This document shows, one piece after another, positions 17,580-25,058 of a stretch of 28,529 nucleotides of DNA; within the stretch, counting starts at the first letter, position 1; each line of letters begins with the position of its first letter. The stretch covers positions 1-28,529 of the forward strand of contig JAWAPV010000001.1 in assembly GCA_038894255.1 (NCBI GenBank). The letters are read 5' to 3'. Origin of the DNA: Candidatus Bathyarchaeia archaeon (lineage in GTDB: Archaea; Thermoproteota; Bathyarchaeia; Bathyarchaeales; Bathycorpusculaceae). The notes below the pieces were generated by a model. It did not search any database. It was not told the origin of the DNA and worked only from the letters and a program-made list of their open reading frames with translations. The position numbers and the translations under genes were made by a program.

Positions 17580-18559
17580 CAAAAATCATTGACACCCTAA
17601 ACGCTAAATACGTGGTTCTGCTTTGTCACCACAACGCTGACCCTGACGCGCTCTGTTCAGCATACGCCTTTCAAAGTCTTCTCAAAAAGCAGAGATCCTC
17701 TTTAGAAGTTGAGATTGGCGCTGCGCACGGAATAAGCAGGCTTTCAAAACATTTACTGGAACACCTACCAATAGACGTCAAAACACAGCCTAACATCGAC
17801 CGCTCAAACATAATAGTTTTGCTTGACACAAACACTATTCAGCAGCTTGACAGCCTAGCAGAAAAAGTAAAAAACTACAAAGCACCCATCATCGTTATCG
17901 ACCATCACTCAGTTCACCCCGAAACCATGAAGCAAGCAACACTTTGCATAACCAATGAAGAATCTTCCTCCACATGCGAAATCGTCTACAACTTCTTCAA
18001 ACAAACAAACACGAAACCTGACCCAACAGTGGCTAAAGCCCTTTTTCTCGGCATAGCTTTCGACACGCGCCATTTCGTCCTAGCAAGCTCCTCCACGTTA
18101 AAAAACATTGCAGATCTAATAGAAGCAGGCGTGAACGCTCAAGAAACATTACCCCTGCTCTCTTTACCAATGGACTTCTCAGAACGCGTCGCTAGGCTGA
18201 AAGCTTCAAGAAGAGTTAAGCTTTTCAGAATAAAAGACTGGATAATTGCGCTGTCGCATGTCAGCGCGTATCAAGCTTCAGCCGCACGCTCTTTAATCGA
18301 CTTAGGAGCGGACGTGGCGGTTGTTGCTGGCCAAAAAAACCAAGAAATAGAAGTGAGCCTACGGGCTACACGCGAGTTCCATGAAAAGGCTAAAGTGCAT
18401 TTGGGCAGAGACATTGCAAAACCTCTAGGCGAATACATACATGGGATGGGCGGTGGGCATTCTACTGCCGCAGGAGCCAATGGTGTGGGCGAGTTGGAAA
18501 GCACGCTTAAGCGTTGTTATCTGATTTTGAAAGAAAAAATCGTTACCAATAATAAGTAG
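17561..18559 (+). CDS. DHH/DHHA1 family phosphoesterase (NrnA-like)
   Basis: CHHNADPDA, LLDT, VIDHH, SSTCEI, GIAFDT, GGGHSTAAG. Confidence 0.92.
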   Translation: MSFEEITKIIDTLNAKYVVLLCHHNADPDALCSAYAFQSLLKKQRSSLEVEIGAAHGISRLSKHLLEHLPIDVKTQPNIDRSNIIVLLDTNTIQQLDSLAEKVKNYKAPIIVIDHHSVHPETMKQATLCITNEESSSTCEIVYNFFKQTNTKPDPTVAKALFLGIAFDTRHFVLASSSTLKNIADLIEAGVNAQETLPLLSLPMDFSERVARLKASRRVKLFRIKDWIIALSHVSAYQASAARSLIDLGADVAVVAGQKNQEIEVSLRATREFHEKAKVHLGRDIAKPLGEYIHGMGGGHSTAAGANGVGELESTLKRCYLILKEKIVTNNK

Positions 18560-18610
18560 CTACTCTTAAATGAAACAAGTTTCGCTTTAAACACGGCAGG
18601 CAACAAAGCC

Positions 18611-19465
18611 ATGGCAATCATCGAAACAAAAAGCCTCACCTACACCTATTCAGGTTCACAAAAACCCTCAATCGCAGACATCTCCATAAACATAGAAAAA
18701 GGCGAGTTTGCACTGATAACTGGACCAAGCGGATGCGGAAAAACCACGCTGTGCCGATGTTTCAACGGGCTCGTCCCACATTTCTATCCTGGAGACCTCC
18801 AAGGTACCATAACAGTCGCAGGTTTAAACGTGGCTGACCACCCCATACAGGAACTTGCCACGCACGTCGGAATGGTTTTCCAAAACCCCGAAAATCAGCT
18901 TTTCGCGTTGTCCGTTGAGAAGGATGTGGCTTTCGGGCTTGAAAACCTCGGTGTCCCTAGGGAAGAGATGCGTAGGAGAGTAGATGAGGCAATGAGGCTC
19001 ACGGGAACATACGGGCTAAGAGAAAGACCTCCTCATGAGCTTTCCGGCGGGCAACAGCAGCGAGTAGCAATAGCCTCGGTTCTGGCGATGCAGCCTGAGG
19101 TCATGGTTCTCGACGAACCAACAAGCTTCCTTGATCCTTTAAGCGCCAAGAAGATTTTTGAGGTGATTGCCAACCTCAACCGAACCATAGGCATAACCGT
19201 CGTGCTTGTAGAGCACAGACTAGACTTAACCGCGAAATATGCCGACCACATTATTGTGATGGACGAAGGAAAGGTGGTTCAAGACGGAGACCCCCGGGAG
19301 ATACTTCGTTCTGAAGAAACACGGCTGATAGGAGTAGGCATCCCCAAAGCAACCATACTCTACCAGATTCTGCAAAAAGACGGCTTAAACCTCAACAGCA
19401 AGATCCCCCTCTCATCCGAAGAGCTTGCAGCACTAATAAAGGAGGCTCTCAAAAAAGGTGATTGA
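18611..19465 (+). CDS. ecfA1: ECF transporter ATPase subunit 1
   Basis: GPSGCGKTT, VFQNPENQ, LSGGQQQR, LDEPT, VEHR. Confidence 0.92.
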   Translation: MAIIETKSLTYTYSGSQKPSIADISINIEKGEFALITGPSGCGKTTLCRCFNGLVPHFYPGDLQGTITVAGLNVADHPIQELATHVGMVFQNPENQLFALSVEKDVAFGLENLGVPREEMRRRVDEAMRLTGTYGLRERPPHELSGGQQQRVAIASVLAMQPEVMVLDEPTSFLDPLSAKKIFEVIANLNRTIGITVVLVEHRLDLTAKYADHIIVMDEGKVVQDGDPREILRSEETRLIGVGIPKATILYQILQKDGLNLNSKIPLSSEELAALIKEALKKGD

Positions 19466-20294
19466 AGCAAGAGACGTCTACTTCACTTATCCCAGCGGGG
19501 TTGAAGCACTAAAGGGAGTATCCACCACCATAAAAGACGGCGAGTTCGTAGCAATAATGGGACAAAACGGCGCGGGAAAAACAACATTAGTAAAACACTT
19601 TAACGGGCTACTGAAACCAACAAAAGGCCAAGTCTTGGTTGACGGAACCGACACAACAAAAACCAGCGTGGCCACCTTAGCCCGAAACGTAGGCTTTGTC
19701 TTTCAAAACCCTGACAGCCAGCTTTTCAGCGTGTCTGTTGAGGAAGAAATAGCCTTTGCCCTCAAAAACTTTGGGTTCGAGCCGGAAGTCATCGAAAAAC
19801 GCATCACTTGGGCGTTGAACCTCCTTGCTTTAAGTCAATACCGAGAAAGCTCACCTTTCATGCTAAGCGGTGGAGAAAGAAAACGCGTTGCTCTTGCTTC
19901 TGTTTTAGCTTGGGACCCAAAAACGCTCATCCTTGACGAACCCACAATTGGGCAAGACTATCAGCAGAAAGAAAAACTTCGCCAGTTCATTCTACAGTTG
20001 CGCACTCAACAGAAAACAGTCATCATGGTGACGCACGACGTGGAGTTTGTCGCAGAATGCAACCCACGAGTCTTGCTTATGCGAGAAGGAAAAATAATTG
20101 CTGACGGAGAAGCAAGAAACATTTTAACAAATCCCGAAATTCTAACAGAAGCCTCAATAGTTCCCCCTCAAGTTGCCCAAATCTTCCTTGAACTCAACCC
20201 TCAGATGCCCGGACTCGAGTTTCCAAGAAACATAATTGACGTTTACGAAGCCCGCGAAACGTTGCGCAAGATTTTGGAGAAAAAAGCAAGATGA
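19458..20294 (+). CDS. ecfA2: ECF transporter ATPase subunit 2
   Basis: GQNGAGKTT, VFQNPDSQ, LSGGERKR, LDEPTIGQD, VTHD. Confidence 0.92.
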   Translation: MIEARDVYFTYPSGVEALKGVSTTIKDGEFVAIMGQNGAGKTTLVKHFNGLLKPTKGQVLVDGTDTTKTSVATLARNVGFVFQNPDSQLFSVSVEEEIAFALKNFGFEPEVIEKRITWALNLLALSQYRESSPFMLSGGERKRVALASVLAWDPKTLILDEPTIGQDYQQKEKLRQFILQLRTQQKTVIMVTHDVEFVAECNPRVLLMREGKIIADGEARNILTNPEILTEASIVPPQVAQIFLELNPQMPGLEFPRNIIDVYEARETLRKILEKKAR

Positions 20295-21085
20295 GCGTCT
20301 TTGAAGGGTTAAGGTTTCGAAAGGTATATTCGCCAATTCACAACCTAGACCCTCGAATAAAATTCATCTACGTTTGCGCCATCTTCGCCGTCGCCATCCT
20401 CTACTGGGAAATTCTTCCTCTGGTTTTCCTGTTTTTCATGCAAATTCCCTTCGTTTTTTTAGCGGGCGTAAAGCGACAGTGGCTCCGTTCGATGCGCGGC
20501 GCAACCTTCCTTGCCACAATAATCTTTTTGACAAACTTCATTTTTTCCTACATAGGCGCTGGCTACATAGTCACCGCAAGAAACCTCGAGAACGCGGCTG
20601 CCATGACGCTACGCTTCATAGTTCTAGTGGAATCCTTTTCAGTATTCTTCCTAACAACCTCGCCAGACCACCTCGGCTTAGCCCTAGAACAGACACGCAT
20701 GCCATACGAGCTTGTTTTCGCGTTCACCACGGCCGTCCGCTTTGTTCCCGTCTTGGCTGAAGAAGCCCAAACAATAATGGACGCTCAAAAAGCCCGCGGT
20801 TTGGAGCTTGAGAAAGGCAACTTTCTGAAAAGAATCCGAAACTATATCCCAATCCTGATCCCCCTCATTGTCAGTGCCATCCGTCGAAGCCTAGAACTGG
20901 CTGAAGCTATGGAGTCACGCGCATGGGGTGCAACCAAGAAACGTACAAACTTGTACGTGTTAAAGGTGCATAGGGGAGATGTAGCTTTGCTGTTTTTGAC
21001 TGTTTTAATCGTGGCAGTCGCTGTTTATGTTAGACTTTACTTGCAGATTCCGACGGTAAACGAGTTATTGCCGCGTTTTCCTTAA
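20291..21085 (+). CDS. ecfT: ECF transporter transmembrane T component
   Basis: IHNLDPRIK, AVRFVPVLAEEA..IMDAQKARG, LAEAMESRAW (two Ala/Ser-Arg-Gly-like coupling motifs). Confidence 0.92.
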   Translation: MSVFEGLRFRKVYSPIHNLDPRIKFIYVCAIFAVAILYWEILPLVFLFFMQIPFVFLAGVKRQWLRSMRGATFLATIIFLTNFIFSYIGAGYIVTARNLENAAAMTLRFIVLVESFSVFFLTTSPDHLGLALEQTRMPYELVFAFTTAVRFVPVLAEEAQTIMDAQKARGLELEKGNFLKRIRNYIPILIPLIVSAIRRSLELAEAMESRAWGATKKRTNLYVLKVHRGDVALLFLTVLIVAVAVYVRLYLQIPTVNELLPRFP

Positions 21086-21243
21086 AACCGATGTGTTTAC
21101 TGGCGTTTAAAGGGCGTTTTTGCGGTGTCTTGTGGCGTGGTTTATGTTAAAGATGCTAAAGATTAGCCATGCATATCGCTTATTAAGACTTGCTACACAC
21201 TATATACTGAAAAACGCCACCACAGAAGGGGGACCGCCAACCC

Positions 21244-22809
21244 ACGGTCAGAAAAACCACAAAAAGAACAGCAAACGCACTCGAAAAGCCAGCGGAGCCC
21301 ATAATCATAAGAGAAGAAGGAAAAAAACCAACAATATTCAGAGAAGTCTACCCCATCCAAGAACCATACGTCTACGCCGCAATCATAAAAGAACCAGAAA
21401 CCCAAAAAATTCGCTACGAAATCATCGAACCAACCCTCCAACCCGAAGAAGAAAAACAGCTCCAAACCATCAAAAAATTCCTCATGGAAGAACTCGACGT
21501 AAACCTAAAAGACATAGAAACAAAAGAAAAAGCAGAAAAATACCTCAAAGACAAAACCAAAGAAACAATCAAAAAATACCACATAAAAATCCAACCCGAA
21601 GCCACAGACAAACTCGTGTATTACGTGCTCCGCGACTTCATAGGCTACGGCAAAATCGACCCACTAATGAAAGACCACCTAATCGAAGACATATCCGCCG
21701 ACGGCGTCGGCATCCCCATATACGTCTGGCATAGACTCTACGAGTCTCTACCCACAAACATCCTCTTCAAAGACGCAGCAGAACTCGACTCCTTCATAAT
21801 ACGGCTGGCTTACCTCGCGGGAAAAAACATCTCCATCGCCGCTCCAATCCTCGACGCTTCGCTCCCCGAAGGCAGCCGAGTACAGCTAACTTATGGGAAC
21901 GAGGTGACAAGAAGAGGCTCCACATTCACAATACGAAGGTTCAAAGTAGACCCCCTAACAATCTCCGACCTAATAGCCTTCAAAACACTCTCCTCAGAAA
22001 TGGCCGCCTACTTGTGGTACATAATTGAAAACCGCGCCTCAATAATGGTCGCCGGCGGCGTGGCTGCTGGAAAAACCACTCTTCTAAACTGCCTCTCCAT
22101 GTTCATTAAGCCAGAAATGAAAATAGTAAGCGTCGAAGACACCCAAGAACTGAATCTTCCACACGAAAACTGGATTCCATCCGTTGCCCGCACAGGCTTC
22201 GGGCACGAAGATAGGAAAAGCGGAAACATAACCCTGTTTGACCTGCTGAAAGCTGCGGTGCGGCAAAGACCCGACTACATAATCGTAGGCGAGGTTCGAG
22301 GAGAAGAAGCCTACACGCTTTTCCAGGCCATGGCAACAGGCCACCTCGGCATGAGCACCATCCACGCCGAGTCAGTTGAAGCCGTAATCAACAGGCTAGC
22401 ATCTGAACCCATGAACATACCAAAAACGCTGATAGCCATGACCGACGTCATCATGGTAGTCACCCGAACCGAAATCGAAGGCAGACCCTCTAGAAGAACA
22501 AAAACAACAAACGAAGTGGTGGAGCTTAACCCCAAGACAAGAGAAATAAAAACCAACGAGGTTTTCCGCTGGAACATTAAAGACGACAGCTTCCAATACA
22601 GCGGATACAGCGCTTTACTGGAAAAGCACCAGAAAAAACTTGACATAAGCATGGAAGAGATAACCCGCGAGCTTCGTGCGCGGAAAACGGTTTTAGAGTG
22701 GATGGTGAAACACGGCATCAGACGCCACGGCGAAGTTGCCAACGTCATCAGAGAATACTACGCAAACCCAAACCGCGTTTACCAAAAAGCCAGAGTGGGG
22801 CTGAGATGA
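21244..22809 (+). CDS. Type II/IV secretion system ATPase (ArlI/AapE/TadA-like); start uncertain
   Basis: EVYPIQEPYV..YEIIEPTL N-terminal segment, GYGKIDPLM.D..IEDIS.DG, Walker A GGVAAGKTT, SVEDTQEL, RQRPDYIIVGEVRGEE, TGHLGMSTIHA. The frame is open from 21211 and the first canonical start is ATG 21484. Confidence 0.92.
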   Translation, partial: TVRKTTKRTANALEKPAEPIIIREEGKKPTIFREVYPIQEPYVYAAIIKEPETQKIRYEIIEPTLQPEEEKQLQTIKKFLMEELDVNLKDIETKEKAEKYLKDKTKETIKKYHIKIQPEATDKLVYYVLRDFIGYGKIDPLMKDHLIEDISADGVGIPIYVWHRLYESLPTNILFKDAAELDSFIIRLAYLAGKNISIAAPILDASLPEGSRVQLTYGNEVTRRGSTFTIRRFKVDPLTISDLIAFKTLSSEMAAYLWYIIENRASIMVAGGVAAGKTTLLNCLSMFIKPEMKIVSVEDTQELNLPHENWIPSVARTGFGHEDRKSGNITLFDLLKAAVRQRPDYIIVGEVRGEEAYTLFQAMATGHLGMSTIHAESVEAVINRLASEPMNIPKTLIAMTDVIMVVTRTEIEGRPSRRTKTTNEVVELNPKTREIKTNEVFRWNIKDDSFQYSGYSALLEKHQKKLDISMEEITRELRARKTVLEWMVKHGIRRHGEVANVIREYYANPNRVYQKARVGLR

Positions 22810-23810
22810 AACATAAAAGCGCGCTCAGAAAAATCAAAGCACTATTCACCCAAGCAATAAACAAAATTAAGGCTAGTCGCCAGAAGCTTTTACAAAAGAA
22901 AACAGCCCCGTCGCAGCCAAAAACAAACTTTGCTTTAGGAAGCGTTCAGTCTCTGGCTTACAGCTTTTTTGGAGAAAAAATTGGACGCGTGATGCCTCTT
23001 TTTACTGGGCTGGACGTAAACTTGCAGAGGGCAAAGGTTAAGGTTAATTTTAAAGCGTACGTCAGCTTAACCGTTTTTTCTGCCTTTTTAGCATCTATTG
23101 TAGTATTTGTTTCTGTGCCTCTAATTCTCTATTTCTTTGGTATTCCTACTTTGCCTGCCGTTCTTTTTGGGATTGGAAGTGGTCTTTTCGCTTTTGCGTT
23201 TTCCATCATAGCGTTTTATGGTTATCCTGTTTATCGTGCTGATAAGCTTAAGAGGGATTTAGAAGACGAGTTGCCTTTCACGGCTGGGTATATGGCAATT
23301 CTAACAAGCGCTGGGGTTCCGCCTGAAAAGATATTTTATTCGCTTTCAAACCTAAGTGTTCCGTTGGCAGTATCCGCGGAGGCTAAGGATGTTGTTCGTG
23401 ACGTGAGCCTTTTTGGTAAGGACATAATTTCCGCGCTTGAAGAGTCTTCAAAGCGAACTCCTTCAGAAAGGTTTCGCGAGATGCTGGAAGGCTTCATCGC
23501 AACTATCCATTCTGGAAGCAACACGGCTGCTTATCTTCGCGAGAAATCTAAGGAGTACATGAAGCTTAAGAGGATAGGGTTGAAAAAGTTTTCAGACACC
23601 TTGTCTGTTTTGTCCGAGTTTTACGTGGCTATTCTTTTGACTGGGCCATTGCTTATGGTGATTATGCTGGCGGTTATGGTTATGTTGGGTGGCGGAAACT
23701 TGGGTTTGCTGAGCCCTGAGCTTTTGCTTAGTTTGCTTACTTACATTGGGCTTCCGTTGGGTGCTGTGGTGTTCTTGATAATATTGGACGCGGTTACGCC
23801 GAAGTGGTAG
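22806..23810 (+). CDS. Type II secretion system F (TadC/ArlJ-like) platform protein 1
   Basis: LEDELPF...MAIL.SAGVPPE, GKDIISALE...RTPS..F.E.LEG, TM helices. ATG 22806 overlaps the ATPase stop (ATGA). Confidence 0.88.
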   Translation: MKHKSALRKIKALFTQAINKIKASRQKLLQKKTAPSQPKTNFALGSVQSLAYSFFGEKIGRVMPLFTGLDVNLQRAKVKVNFKAYVSLTVFSAFLASIVVFVSVPLILYFFGIPTLPAVLFGIGSGLFAFAFSIIAFYGYPVYRADKLKRDLEDELPFTAGYMAILTSAGVPPEKIFYSLSNLSVPLAVSAEAKDVVRDVSLFGKDIISALEESSKRTPSERFREMLEGFIATIHSGSNTAAYLREKSKEYMKLKRIGLKKFSDTLSVLSEFYVAILLTGPLLMVIMLAVMVMLGGGNLGLLSPELLLSLLTYIGLPLGAVVFLIILDAVTPKW

Positions 23811-23816
23811 AAGGGT

Positions 23817-24632
23817 ATGCCGAAAGTAGAGAAAAAAGATAAAAAAATCGCTTGGACGGTTTCAGTTTTATTAGCGGTGGCTTTGGTTCTTTTTGCTTTT
23901 TCCAAGTTTGGCACTACCGCAATTTTTGACGAGTTTGTCTTTTTTGCAGTTATGATCGGGGTCTTTCCTGCCGCGGTTCTCAGCTATATTGAATATAGGT
24001 GGAGAAAAGCCATTGACGAGCATTTGCCTGATCTTTTCAGAAGTATCGTTCAGGCTCAAGAGACGGGTATGACGTTGCCTCAGGCTTTGGAGGAAGCTTC
24101 TAAACGTGATTATGGGCCGCTTACTCGGGAGTTGAAGAAAATGACGGCTCAGATTTCGTGGGGGATAAGCTTTGAGGAGGCTTTGGTTGCTTTGGGAAAT
24201 CGGGTTAACACTGTATTGGTGCAGAGGACTGTGCCTATGATTATTGAGGCAAGCCGTTCTGGTGGCCGTGTTGAGAAGGTTTTTGATCCGATGGGCAAGT
24301 TTATTCAGACAACGCTTATGCTTGACAAGGAACGTCGAACCCAAACGAGGCCTTACGTTGCTATAATCTACGTGGCGTTCTTCGTTTTCCTATTCACCGT
24401 TATACTGCTTTTCAACTCGTTTTTCGTGAGTGTGGAAGGTCTCCCCATTCTCGGTTCGGCGGTTGTCTCTACAGAGCAGATGCAGCGCTTGTTTTTCCAC
24501 ATGACCGCCATCCAAGCGTTCTTCAGTGGGCTTGTTGCGGGGAAGATGGGCGAAGGAACCATAAGCGCCGGGTTAAAACACAGTTTAATTCTGATGCTCT
24601 GCGGCTATCTGGCGCTAAAACTTTTCTTGTGA
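23817..24632 (+). CDS. Type II secretion system F (TadC/ArlJ-like) platform protein 2
   Basis: IDEHLPDLFR.I..A.ETGMTL..AL...YGPL..E, SWG.SFEEAL, QAFFSGLVAGKMGEG...AGLKH. Confidence 0.88.
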   Translation: MPKVEKKDKKIAWTVSVLLAVALVLFAFSKFGTTAIFDEFVFFAVMIGVFPAAVLSYIEYRWRKAIDEHLPDLFRSIVQAQETGMTLPQALEEASKRDYGPLTRELKKMTAQISWGISFEEALVALGNRVNTVLVQRTVPMIIEASRSGGRVEKVFDPMGKFIQTTLMLDKERRTQTRPYVAIIYVAFFVFLFTVILLFNSFFVSVEGLPILGSAVVSTEQMQRLFFHMTAIQAFFSGLVAGKMGEGTISAGLKHSLILMLCGYLALKLFL

Positions 24633-24641
24633 GGTGAGCGC

Positions 24642-25058
24642 ATGGCAAGGCTTAAAGAGTTTTGGAGCAACAAAAGGGCCATAACACCTGTTTTAAGCAG
24701 CCTTCTGCTAACTGTTGTTGCTGTTGCCGCCATGGCTCTTGCCACAACCGCGACTTACGTTATTACAGCTAACCTTAGGGAAACAATGAGCGAACGAGTT
24801 GTTATTGAGGACGTGTGGTTTAGCAATTCAACGGGCAACATACACGTGTATTTGCGGAACGTGGGCAAAGTTGCCATTCACGTTTCCGTCGTATACGTGA
24901 ACCACACTTCTCGGTCTTTCAATAAACCTTTCGATTTAGAGCCAAACTATCACGGGTGGCTGAACATTTCAGTCGTCTGGGCATCCAACAGCCTGTATTA
25001 CATTGACATCGTGACCACGAGAGGTACACATGTCGGAGGCTATTACAATGCGCCTTAA
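24642..25058 (+). CDS. Archaeal type IV pilin (class III signal peptide)
   Basis: NKRA|ITPVLSSLLLTVVAVAAMALA; Ig-like C-terminal part (ERVVIEDV..VYLRNVG..IHV..VYVN..IVTTRG). Confidence 0.88.
   Translation: MARLKEFWSNKRAITPVLSSLLLTVVAVAAMALATTATYVITANLRETMSERVVIEDVWFSNSTGNIHVYLRNVGKVAIHVSVVYVNHTSRSFNKPFDLEPNYHGWLNISVVWASNSLYYIDIVTTRGTHVGGYYNAP

Noticed and set aside
18571-18583. Short palindrome GAAAC-AA-GTTTC upstream of ecfA1
   Set aside because: Only 5-bp arms and a single copy; too weak to call an operator.
21120-21734. 204-aa Lys/Arg/Pro/His-rich ORF overlapping the ATPase
   Set aside because: A shadow frame produced by the A/C-rich tract, which lacks stop codons; the ATPase frame carries the conserved motifs.
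22698-22805. N-terminal extension of the first TadC-like ORF
   Set aside because: It overlaps the ATPase C-terminus by over 100 bp; ATG 22806 gives the typical ATGA coupling.
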